Assembly: GCA_023421875.1 (NCBI GenBank)
Contig: JAEZSM010000037.1
Span: forward strand, 1 to 25,580
Length of the DNA stretch: 25,580 nucleotides
Direction: 5' to 3'
Origin: Spirochaetota bacterium
Lineage (GTDB): Bacteria; Spirochaetota; Spirochaetia; Treponematales; Rectinemataceae
In this document: positions 16,579-25,154 of the stretch, piece after piece
Position numbering within the stretch: the first letter of the stretch is position 1
How the letters are laid out: each line of letters begins with the position of its first letter
Notes under the pieces: generated by a model
Database searches by the model: none
What the model saw: the letters and a program-made list of their open reading frames with translations, nothing else
Told to the model about the DNA's origin: nothing
Translations under genes and position numbers: made by a program

Positions 16579-16920
16579 ATGCCGCGGAACCCCGAATTAA
16601 TGCGACGGAACATAAGAGAAATTGCCCTCGCCCTGGAGGGCGCCGACTCAAGTCTTATCGAAAACTTTCTCTATTCCCTCTTCACCCCTTCGGAAGCCGA
16701 CGAAATGGCCAAACGCTGGGCCCTGGTCAAACGCCTGGCCGAAGGCAAGCCTCAGCGGAAGATCGCGGAGGAATTGGGATTGTCATTATGCAAGATCACC
16801 CGGGGCTCCAGGGAGCTCAAAAAAGAAGGGGCCGCCTTCAGGATTCTCCTCGACAGGCTCAAGGGAAAAGCAGACAAGAACGCCCCCGAGCGAGAACAGG
16901 GCGATTGGGGCGAGGACTAA
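16579..16920 (+). CDS. TrpR/YerC-YecD family transcriptional regulator
   Basis: LFTPSE...KRW...QRKIAEELGLSLCKITRGSRELK Trp-repressor-type HTH. TATAGT lies 6 nt before the ATG. Confidence 0.88.
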   Translation: MPRNPELMRRNIREIALALEGADSSLIENFLYSLFTPSEADEMAKRWALVKRLAEGKPQRKIAEELGLSLCKITRGSRELKKEGAAFRILLDRLKGKADKNAPEREQGDWGED

Positions 16921-17744
16921 GCATCGCCCTCTCGATTCGGCCCCGGCGCACTGGACGCGAAAGCCTGTCCGCCGGGCAGATACTCGAAGTTGATCCTGCC
17001 CGTGGATTCGAAGATTCTGCGTTTTATCCTTCCCGAATTGCCCGTAAGTACGGCCACCCTGGAGCGGACTTCTCGCCGTTTTGACTCGCCGCCGTAGTCG
17101 CAGCTGCAGACCGTGGACATGTAGCCCTTTTCCGTCCCGTATTCGATGAGCTGACGTTCCTCGCAGAGAATCAGCGGACGAATAATCGAAAGGGGGTATT
17201 TTCTGTAGCGCAGTAGGGGGAGCATGCCCCCGATCTCGCCCTTGTAGAGCATATTCATGAGCAGGGTTTCCACCGCATCGTCCAGATGGTGCCCCAGGGC
17301 AATTTTATTGAACCCATGCTCCATCGCGTAGCGGATAAGCTCAGTTCTCCGTTGGGTGGAGCACCAATAGCAGTTCATCGAACGGCCTGTCTTTAATCGT
17401 CCTTGCACCGAAACCGAAATCGACTGGAAGGGAATATCCCAGTCGCCCAGCAGTGAAGCCAGGCCCGCCGGCGTGGCGGGATCGCCGAATTCGGTGGCGA
17501 TATGGAGGGCTTTTAGTTCGTAGCGCAGGGGCCACCAGCGTCGCTTGGCTCCTAGGTCGCTGGCAAGGGCCATGGAATCCTTGCCGCCCGAGACCGCCAG
17601 CAGAATCCTGTCGCCTTCCTCAATCATGGCATAGCGCCGCAGCGCCACCTCGACGAGTTTATCCACCGCGCCCTCAGCTCCCCGGGAGGACAGCCGTCTG
17701 GCCTGGCGACCGGCGGGCGCTGGATCGAGCGCCGGAACTGTCAC
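16917..17744 (-). CDS. ttcA: tRNA 2-thiocytidine biosynthesis TtcA-family protein (PP-loop ATPase)
   Basis: SGGKDS PP-loop, CYWC, ALGHHLDD, IIRPL, CSC. The start may extend to CTG 17798 (see findings). Confidence 0.85.
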   Translation of the reverse strand: MTVPALDPAPAGRQARRLSSRGAEGAVDKLVEVALRRYAMIEEGDRILLAVSGGKDSMALASDLGAKRRWWPLRYELKALHIATEFGDPATPAGLASLLGDWDIPFQSISVSVQGRLKTGRSMNCYWCSTQRRTELIRYAMEHGFNKIALGHHLDDAVETLLMNMLYKGEIGGMLPLLRYRKYPLSIIRPLILCEERQLIEYGTEKGYMSTVCSCDYGGESKRREVRSRVAVLTGNSGRIKRRIFESTGRINFEYLPGGQAFASSAPGPNREGDA

Positions 17745-17813
17745 CTGATTAGAGCTAAGATCGGCGGCATTGGTCGTATCGTTTTCTTCCCTACTCAGCG
17801 CGTCGCTCCTTGT

Positions 17814-17855
17814 AAAAAAAGGCTAAAGCCCGCTTTTTAAGCGGCCCTTAGCCTT
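17814..17855 (-). terminator. Intrinsic terminator downstream of the peptide ABC/dipeptidase operon
   Basis: Minus strand AAGGCTAAGGGCCGCTT-AAA-AAGCGGGCTTTAGCCTT (17-bp stem with one mismatch and one G-U pair), running into a T7 tract. Confidence 0.75.
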
Positions 17856-17914
17856 AATAGAATACGAAAACGACAGGTTTGGGAAAGCCCCTTACGGCTT
17901 TCTCTTATGCTGCC

Positions 17915-19117
17915 TTATTTCCAGACCTGGGAGCATACCCTGAGAATATTGCCTCCCAGAACCTTGCCGATGTCTTCTTCGCTGTATCCGTGCGCCACGA
18001 GCCAGCGCACCACATTTTTCGAGGCTTCCCTGGGGTTTTCCATGCCTTTGACATACTCTACCCTTGGGTAGTCGTCTTCCAGGTTCTTGGTCTGTCCCGT
18101 GGAAAGGAACTTGGCGAAGATGCGGTGCAAGCCCGCGTGGTCGCCAAAGTTGGTGTCCGGACCGAAGCACACGTGATCGATTCCCACCAGGTTCACCATG
18201 TACTCGAAGTGCTCCATTATGGAGTCCAGATCGTGGGTCCTGTGGTTGTAGGTGATGGTCGTGTGGGGAGCGGCTTCGATACCGAGCACGCCACCCTTGG
18301 CCGCGATGGCCTTGAGCGCCTCATCCGCGGCAAGACGCCTGGATTTCCACAGGGTTTTCGCCCCGGTGTGGGACATGCAGATGGGTACCGATGAGAGTTC
18401 AGCGGCATCGATGGCCGTTAGCGTGCTGGAGTGGGATACATCGATGAGCATGCCCACCTTGTTCATCCTTTTCACCGCTTCTTTGCCGAAGGCCGTAAGC
18501 CCCGCATCCCGCTCTTCCTTGAGTCCCGAACCCAGGGCATTGGATTCCGAATAGGTCAGCCCCATGAGACGGACGCCCAGGCCGTACAGAATATCGATCC
18601 TGTCCAGCTCGTTTTCTATGGGCATGGCCCCTTCGATGCAGGCTACCCAGGCGAGTTTGCCTTCCTTGTGCGCCCGGTAGATGTCATCCACTCTTTTGCA
18701 GTGAATCACAAAATCCTGATGCGCGATATCGCACAACCTCATTCCGAGGTCGTGGACCACGTCGGTGAACTTCCAGCCGTTGTGCGACGTTATAACGCAT
18801 GAGCCGTTCATCATGTTGTCGAAAATGCAGTCCAGATATGATTCGGCCAACGCGTCATAGGCGCAGGACTGACGTCCTGCGTGCCGCAGGGTGCGGTATT
18901 CGTTGAGATCCAGCGGATTGTAGACAGGGTGCTCGTGCATCGAGATGCAGATCTTTTCCTTTGCGATCGCGAGCGCCTTTTTTTCCTGCTCAGGGCTCAA
19001 AGGGTAAAGATATTCAGGCACCCTGTCTTTAGGGCTCAGGGCGAATTCCTGATAGTCCTGGCCGGGCACAAGGTACTCATAGGCCTTATACCCGGTATAT
19101 GCGGTTTTAATTCCCAT
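17915..19117 (-). CDS. Membrane (renal-type) dipeptidase, peptidase M19, amidohydrolase superfamily
   Basis: HEH, CIEG, GVRLMGLTY, GLTAFGKEAVKRMNKVGMLIDVSH, SHTG, GIDHVCFGPD, KVLGGN. Confidence 0.92.
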   Translation of the reverse strand: MGIKTAYTGYKAYEYLVPGQDYQEFALSPKDRVPEYLYPLSPEQEKKALAIAKEKICISMHEHPVYNPLDLNEYRTLRHAGRQSCAYDALAESYLDCIFDNMMNGSCVITSHNGWKFTDVVHDLGMRLCDIAHQDFVIHCKRVDDIYRAHKEGKLAWVACIEGAMPIENELDRIDILYGLGVRLMGLTYSESNALGSGLKEERDAGLTAFGKEAVKRMNKVGMLIDVSHSSTLTAIDAAELSSVPICMSHTGAKTLWKSRRLAADEALKAIAAKGGVLGIEAAPHTTITYNHRTHDLDSIMEHFEYMVNLVGIDHVCFGPDTNFGDHAGLHRIFAKFLSTGQTKNLEDDYPRVEYVKGMENPREASKNVVRWLVAHGYSEEDIGKVLGGNILRVCSQVWK

Positions 19118-19132
19118 TGTTCAGCCTTCCCC

Positions 19133-20719
19133 TTATTTCTTCGGAGTAATGTTGACGAGGGACCCGAGCGTGAGCGTGCCGTTGAAGGAGAAGTAATAGG
19201 GAATGTAGCCTTCGAACTTCGCGCTGGTGATATAGGTGAGGTTGGGCACCCAAACCGAGATTGTGGGCACGAGATCCACCACTACCTTCTGGGCCTCGTC
19301 CATGGGCTTGACCGTGGCGGGGATGGAGGGCGATTCCTTGGAAGCCTTGGCCCACTTCTCCAGATTTTCGTCGTAGAAACCGGGGTAGTTGAGGAAGGCG
19401 TCCTTGCCGTAGAGGTTGTAGAAGGAGTCGTAGATTACCACGATGGCTCCCCACTGCACGAAACTGGCCTCATACTCCTTGGACACGTTCTGGCGATCCA
19501 TGAAGACCTGCCTGTCCACGGGGTCCAGCACGATATCGATGCCTGCCTTGGCCGCGTCTTCCTTTATGATTCTCATGGACTTGTCGTAGTCGGACCTGGT
19601 GGCCTCGTAGGTTACTCGGATCGAGAGCTTCTTGCCGTTTTTCTCGAAGAATCCATCGTTGTTGCTATCCACGTACCCAGCAGCCCGCAAGGTTTTTTTC
19701 GCTTCCTCGATATTGTAGGCAGGATAGTGAATATTGGACTTGGTGAACTCCTGGTAGATCGGAGAAACCGGTCCGTTCATGGGAACGCCGGCGCCTTCCA
19801 GGGCTAGTCTGACGATTTTCGGCCTATCGATAGTCATCGCGAGAGCCCTTCGTACGGCGACGTCGGCGAGGAACTCGCTCTTCTTGGTGTTAAGGCTCAT
19901 GTAGGCATAGCCGGGGGACTGTACGTCGTAGACATTGAAGTTCTTGTTGTTCCTGAACTGGGCCGCAAGCGAGGGCAGGATCTGCCTGGTGGCCGAGTCG
20001 ATCTCGCCGGTCCGCAGGGCTAGCGCCAGGGAGTTTTCGTCCTTGTAAACCCTGTAGATAATGCGGTCGATGGCAGGTTTGCCCATGGAGGCAGGCCAGT
20101 CGGGGTTGCGCACGGCGATGTAGTACTCACCCTTCTTGAACTCGCCCATCTTGTAGGGACCTAGGCCGACCACGCCGGTGGACTCGTAATTGAAGCCCAT
20201 GGGATTGGTGACGTTTTCAAAGATATGCTTGGGCATGGGGCTGACCCAGTACATCATCACGTCCAGGAATCCTACCTGGGGGTTGATGAGCTTGTACTCG
20301 ACGGTCATGGGATCCACCACTCTCGCCGACTTGACGTTGCTGTAGCGGGTGTTCTGGAAAAGCTTGTGCTTAACCAGGTACTCACCGGTGAACACCACGT
20401 CCGCCGCGGTAAAGGGAACCCCGTCGTGCCACTTGAGTCCGGGCCTGACGTGAAGAATAAAGGTAGTGGAATTATCCTTTATTTCGAAGCTTTCGAAGAG
20501 ATGGGGCTTGATCTGCCCATCGGTATCCATGAAGCCGAAGCGGGGCATGACAGCTTCCATCAGCGCCGAAGCGTTGATATCGTTGGAACCCCAGAAGTTC
20601 AGGGTCTGGATATCTCCCAAGAGCCCGATTTTGAACTCCACCTGCTTGGCCTGGGCCGAGACGCTCAACGTCAGGGCGAGGACAAGTGCCAAAGCGAGAA
20701 GTACGCTTTTCCTTTTCAT
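19133..20719 (-). CDS. Peptide/nickel ABC substrate-binding protein (SBP family 5, OppA/DppA-like)
   Basis: KWHDGVPFTAADV, GLGPY, VRRALAMTIDR; cleavable signal peptide ending SA/AQA with no lipobox Cys. Confidence 0.92.
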   Translation of the reverse strand: MKRKSVLLALALVLALTLSVSAQAKQVEFKIGLLGDIQTLNFWGSNDINASALMEAVMPRFGFMDTDGQIKPHLFESFEIKDNSTTFILHVRPGLKWHDGVPFTAADVVFTGEYLVKHKLFQNTRYSNVKSARVVDPMTVEYKLINPQVGFLDVMMYWVSPMPKHIFENVTNPMGFNYESTGVVGLGPYKMGEFKKGEYYIAVRNPDWPASMGKPAIDRIIYRVYKDENSLALALRTGEIDSATRQILPSLAAQFRNNKNFNVYDVQSPGYAYMSLNTKKSEFLADVAVRRALAMTIDRPKIVRLALEGAGVPMNGPVSPIYQEFTKSNIHYPAYNIEEAKKTLRAAGYVDSNNDGFFEKNGKKLSIRVTYEATRSDYDKSMRIIKEDAAKAGIDIVLDPVDRQVFMDRQNVSKEYEASFVQWGAIVVIYDSFYNLYGKDAFLNYPGFYDENLEKWAKASKESPSIPATVKPMDEAQKVVVDLVPTISVWVPNLTYITSAKFEGYIPYYFSFNGTLTLGSLVNITPKK

Positions 20720-20734
20720 GTTCTGACCTCCTTG

Positions 20735-22357
20735 TCAGTTTCTATGGTCGTTTCGCAAAAGGATGCTGCCCGATAAGGGTTTGAGCAGCTCCCCTTTTTC
20801 TATAGCCGTCTTTCCGTTGACCAGGACGAAATCCACGCCCGTTGCCATGGTCAAGGGCTTTTTACAGTCCACCGCTTCCGGTTCCGGGAAGTCGTAGGCT
20901 TCCAGATCGATCACCGCCACATCAGCCCAGACACCCGCTTCCAACCGGCCTCTGTCCTTGATTCCGAAGTGCTCGGCCACCAAGCTGGTATTCCGTCTGA
21001 CGATTTCTTCCACGGGAACGCCGGCCTTCCGGTACATTTTCATGAAAGTGGGAAAGCCTCCATACCGCTGGAGCTCGTACCAGAAGAAAGGATCGTTGGG
21101 GTCACCCATGATTCTGTCCGTTCCTACCGACACATAGGGATTGTCGCGTATTACCTTCGTATGGTCTCTGGCAAAATCGTCCCGGGTGGGTCCGCCCAGC
21201 CAGAAGGTGTATTCCTTGTCGTCACCTGCCAAGTCGAGCATGGTTTCGGTGGGATCCGCATCACCTCTTTCCCTGGCGATTTGGGCTATGGATTTGCCTT
21301 CCAGCGAAGGGTCATCGGGAGAAATGACGATGAAGACCTTTTCCTTGTCCATACCGAACTTGGCGTGGGCATCCCGTCTCACGATTTCCCGGCCTTCCTT
21401 GCTGTGGAGCGCGGCCTTCACCCCTTCAACGCCCTTGTCGAACAGCGCGTCGGAGATGGCCATGATGGACTGCAGCAGCTTGTCCTTTCTGTTGCAGTGG
21501 CCCGAGCTCTTGGGGATTGTGTCTATCCGCAGGGGAAGGCCCTCGGCGGCTGCCCCGCGGGCGGCTTCGAAGGCTTCTTCAGAACTGGATTTAAGATGCG
21601 AGATCTGGGTCCGGACGCCGGTCTTCCTGCACACTTCCACCATTTCCAGCACCGCTTCCTTGGTGCCGATCCAATGCCTCAAGTGGGCGGACACAATGCC
21701 GTCGTACTCCGCCGCTACCTTGGCAACATCCACCAGTTCTTCGGTTTTGGCATAGCGGCTGGGCACGTAGTCCAGGCCGAAGGAAACGCCCCAGGCGCCC
21801 TGCTCCAGCCCTTCACGCAAGAAAGTGTCGATCCGCTTTTTCTCCTGGGTCGTTGGGGGCCTGTCATGGGCTCCGTTCATCACGTACTGCCTGATAGTGC
21901 CGTGGCCCAGGAGCACCAGAAGGTTCAGGTTTGTGCCGGTTTTGCGCACCGCATCGACGTATCCTGAAAAATCATCCCAGGCGGGAAAATAGTCTTTGAA
22001 TTCCCGCTTGTTGCGCTCGGAGATGAGGCCGTTGTTGAAAAAATAATCAATGATGTACTTGGTTCCGCCGGGAGTGACCGAGTGGCCGCAGTTGCCGTTC
22101 ACCGTCGTGGTGACGCCCTGCCTGAGGAACAGCTCATAGGCGTTATCCGAGAAGAGGGTCATTTCCTCATGGACGTGGGGATCGATGAATCCTGGAATCA
22201 CAATTTTACCGGAGGCATCGATTTCTTTATCGGCGTTTTCCGGGATGGACGGCTTGATGAGGGCTACCTTCCCGTCCTTGATTGCCAGGTCGGCCTTGAC
22301 CGGGGGGTTGCCCCTGCCGTCGTAGACCAGGCCATTACGAAGTATTGTATCGTACAT
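20735..22357 (-). CDS. N-acyl-D-amino-acid deacylase (D-aminoacylase family amidohydrolase)
   Basis: PGFIDPHVH, GVTT..NGNCG, AHLR, SHLK, VGTD, DRGRLEAG.WAD, VLVNG. Confidence 0.88.
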   Translation of the reverse strand: MYDTILRNGLVYDGRGNPPVKADLAIKDGKVALIKPSIPENADKEIDASGKIVIPGFIDPHVHEEMTLFSDNAYELFLRQGVTTTVNGNCGHSVTPGGTKYIIDYFFNNGLISERNKREFKDYFPAWDDFSGYVDAVRKTGTNLNLLVLLGHGTIRQYVMNGAHDRPPTTQEKKRIDTFLREGLEQGAWGVSFGLDYVPSRYAKTEELVDVAKVAAEYDGIVSAHLRHWIGTKEAVLEMVEVCRKTGVRTQISHLKSSSEEAFEAARGAAAEGLPLRIDTIPKSSGHCNRKDKLLQSIMAISDALFDKGVEGVKAALHSKEGREIVRRDAHAKFGMDKEKVFIVISPDDPSLEGKSIAQIARERGDADPTETMLDLAGDDKEYTFWLGGPTRDDFARDHTKVIRDNPYVSVGTDRIMGDPNDPFFWYELQRYGGFPTFMKMYRKAGVPVEEIVRRNTSLVAEHFGIKDRGRLEAGVWADVAVIDLEAYDFPEPEAVDCKKPLTMATGVDFVLVNGKTAIEKGELLKPLSGSILLRNDHRN

Positions 22358-22366
22358 CCTGCCTCC

Positions 22367-23203
22367 TTATTTTCTGGATTTCGGGTTGAGGGTTTCGTTG
22401 ATTCCGATACCCAAAAGATTAAAGAAAATGACATAGAGCATGATGGAAGCCGCGGGGAAGATGACCAGCCACCAGGCCCTGAAATGGTGCCCCGCCTTGA
22501 AGGCGGTCTGGAGTATGCCGCCCCAGGACCATACGTTCGGGTCCCCGAGACCCAGATAGCTCAGGCTCGATTCGGTGAGCACCGCCGTGGCCATTATCAG
22601 GGTTATGTCCACCAGCACCGGCCCTGCAATGTTGAGCAGGATGTGTTTGAACATTATGACGCCCTTGGATATCCCCAAAACTTTGGCCGCCTCGATGTAC
22701 TGCATCTGGGACACCTTGAGGGTAGAGTTGCGCACGATTCTGGCCAAGGTTGGCCATGCGAATACCCCTATCACCACAGCAACGGTTCTCACGCTGGGAC
22801 CCACCAGGGCCGAAATGAGGATCATCAACGGCAGAGTGGGAATAGTCATGGTTATTTCGATGGCGCTGTCGATAAGCGCCCCGATTTTACCCCGGGAATA
22901 GCCTGAGACGAGGCCCAGGGGGATGCCGATAAACATAGCCACCAGGACAGCGGAAGCCGAGATCAGTATCGAGGTGCGGGCTCCCCAGATTATTTCCGAA
23001 TAGAGGTCGAGGCCCAGGGCGTCGGTGCCCAATAGGTTTTCGGCGCTTGGTCCGGCCAAAGGCATAGCCTCCCCATAGCCTTTCTGAAAAGGCACAAAGA
23101 AGGGCCCTACAACCCCGGCCAATAGAATGATGGAAACCCCGATCAAGCCAATCACCCCAAGCCTGTGTCGTCCAAAGGATTCTAAAAAAGTTTTTTCCCT
23201 CAT
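22367..23203 (-). CDS. Peptide ABC permease (DppC/OppC-like)
   Basis: LLGTDALG, GARTS, YIEAA, LSYLGLG, AWW. Confidence 0.93.
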   Translation of the reverse strand: MREKTFLESFGRHRLGVIGLIGVSIILLAGVVGPFFVPFQKGYGEAMPLAGPSAENLLGTDALGLDLYSEIIWGARTSILISASAVLVAMFIGIPLGLVSGYSRGKIGALIDSAIEITMTIPTLPLMILISALVGPSVRTVAVVIGVFAWPTLARIVRNSTLKVSQMQYIEAAKVLGISKGVIMFKHILLNIAGPVLVDITLIMATAVLTESSLSYLGLGDPNVWSWGGILQTAFKAGHHFRAWWLVIFPAASIMLYVIFFNLLGIGINETLNPKSRK

Positions 23204-23212
23204 GTCCCCCCC

Positions 23213-24166
23213 CTAGAGCTTGATCCGAGGATCGAGCCAGGCGACGACCAAATCCGTAATCAGGGTCATCACGACAACACTCGCGGCGAGCACGAGAAAG
23301 GCTCCCTGGAGCAGCGGAAAATCCTGTTTCTGCACAGCGTCGTAGATCATCGTCCCAACACCGGGCCAGGAAAAAACCGTCTCGGTGAGCACTGCGCCGG
23401 CCACCATCTTTCCTATCATCAGGCCCGTTACCGTAACCGTGGGGATCAGGGCATTCCGCAAGGCGTGGCTCCAGGTGACCTTCCTGTCGTTGACGCCCTT
23501 TGCCTTCGCGGTTCGGACATAGTCCTCTTTTAAAACATCCAGCATGCTGTTCCGCATGTACAGAACCGTGGAAGCCAGATACGTGATCACCAAGGTAGCG
23601 CAGGGCAGAATCATGTGGCTCACTACGCTTCCGAACATCTGGGACGGATCTATGCCCGGCGTATAGGCCCCGCCGATAGGCGTCCACATCAACTTGAAGC
23701 TGAAAGAGTAGAGCAACAAAAAAGCTAAGAGAGGCACAAAAATCGACACGCCAATGACCACCGCCACATTGATAGTCTGATCAAGGAGCTTGCCCTGATG
23801 CTTCGCCGATATGACTCCCAGCGGAATACCGATCAGGAGGGTTATGAAAAGGGAACTGCCCATGAGAAGGAGGGTCCACCAAAGCTTGTTCCCAATAATC
23901 GAGCTAACGGAATCTTTATAGAAGAAAGAATAGCCCAGATCTCCCCGGAACAGATTGCGGATAAAAAGGAAGTACTGCTGATACAGGGGCTTGTCGAGTC
24001 CGAAAGATTCCTTGAGCACCAATGCGTCTTCCGGACTCAAGGAATCGCTTATAAGCGCGGTGGTGGGATCTCCGGGCATGAGCCGCACAATGAGAAATGT
24101 GATGGTAACCGCGATGAAGAAGGTAAGAATCCCCTTGGCAAGTCTGAGCGCTATATATCGGGACAT
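23213..24166 (-). CDS. Peptide ABC permease (DppB/OppB-like)
   Basis: MPGDP, GDLGYS, DYVRTAKAKG, HALRNA, ETVFSWPG, LDPRI. Confidence 0.94.
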   Translation of the reverse strand: MSRYIALRLAKGILTFFIAVTITFLIVRLMPGDPTTALISDSLSPEDALVLKESFGLDKPLYQQYFLFIRNLFRGDLGYSFFYKDSVSSIIGNKLWWTLLLMGSSLFITLLIGIPLGVISAKHQGKLLDQTINVAVVIGVSIFVPLLAFLLLYSFSFKLMWTPIGGAYTPGIDPSQMFGSVVSHMILPCATLVITYLASTVLYMRNSMLDVLKEDYVRTAKAKGVNDRKVTWSHALRNALIPTVTVTGLMIGKMVAGAVLTETVFSWPGVGTMIYDAVQKQDFPLLQGAFLVLAASVVVMTLITDLVVAWLDPRIKL

Positions 24167-24169
24167 GCT

Positions 24170-25153
24170 TCAATCCCTCCCTTTGTCGCCGTAGAGATGG
24201 CATCGTACAAAATGACCGGCTTCTATTTCCTTGAGCGCCGGTTCCTCGATTTTGCACCGTTCCATGCATTTAAAGCAGCGAGTGTGGAACTTGCAGCCAG
24301 AAGGCGGATTTATCGGACTGGGAATTTCGCCGGAGAGAATGATCCTGCCCTTTCGCTTGGCTGTCGAAGGCTCGGGCGATGCGGAGATGAGCGATTCGGT
24401 GTAGGGGTGATAATGACGATCGAAAAGTCCGGTTTTTGGGGCTATCTCCATGACCGTGCCGAGATAGAGCACCAAAATACGATCGGAGATATAACGCACT
24501 ACCGAAAGGTCATGGGCGATGAATAGATAGGTAAGTCCCAAGTCGCGCTTTAAGGCATTGAAAAGGTTGAGGATCTGGGATTGGACTGAAACGTCGAGCG
24601 CCGAGACGGCTTCGTCGCAGATCAGCACCTTGGGGTTAAGGGAAAGCGCCCTCGCTATACCGATGCGTTGGCGCTGGCCTCCGGAAAAATTGTGGGGATA
24701 CTGGGACCTCATGCTGGGCTGGAGTCCTACTTTCCGCATGAGTTCTTCCGTAGCCTCTTTCACCTCAGCCTTGGATGAAAAGCGTTTATGGGCGATCATT
24801 GGCTCGGAGATGGCGGAACCCACGGAAAGCCGGGGATTCAAGGAGGCGTAGGGATCCTGGAAAACCATCTGTATGTCCGTGCGGAATTTTTTTAACGCTT
24901 CGCCCCTCAGCGACGACACATCCCTGCCCTCAAAAAGCACTTTACCGGCGGTAGGCTGTTCCAGCCGGATAATCGTCCTGCCCAGTGTCGACTTGCCTGA
25001 TCCAGATTCGCCGACGACTCCCAGGGTTTCTCCGCGGTAAAGATCCATGTCCACATCTTCAAGGGCGTGGACATAACTGGGACTAGAACCGAAGAGAGAA
25101 CCTTTGATGGGGAAGTATTTTTTAAGATTTCGCACCTGCAGCATCGTATCCAT
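24170..25153 (-). CDS. Peptide ABC ATP-binding protein (DppF/OppF-like)
   Basis: VGESGSGKST, FSGGQRQR, HPYT, CKFHTRC...C...CH C-terminal domain. Start reassigned to ATG 25153 (MDTMLQV; GGAGA SD), just after the upstream stop. Confidence 0.93.
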   Translation of the reverse strand: MDTMLQVRNLKKYFPIKGSLFGSSPSYVHALEDVDMDLYRGETLGVVGESGSGKSTLGRTIIRLEQPTAGKVLFEGRDVSSLRGEALKKFRTDIQMVFQDPYASLNPRLSVGSAISEPMIAHKRFSSKAEVKEATEELMRKVGLQPSMRSQYPHNFSGGQRQRIGIARALSLNPKVLICDEAVSALDVSVQSQILNLFNALKRDLGLTYLFIAHDLSVVRYISDRILVLYLGTVMEIAPKTGLFDRHYHPYTESLISASPEPSTAKRKGRIILSGEIPSPINPPSGCKFHTRCFKCMERCKIEEPALKEIEAGHFVRCHLYGDKGRD

Positions 25154-25154
25154 A

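Noticed and set aside
17881..17904. Small GAAAGCC/GGCTTTC hairpin just after the dipeptidase stop
   Set aside because: No U-tract on the coding strand; the stronger terminator at 17814..17855 explains termination.
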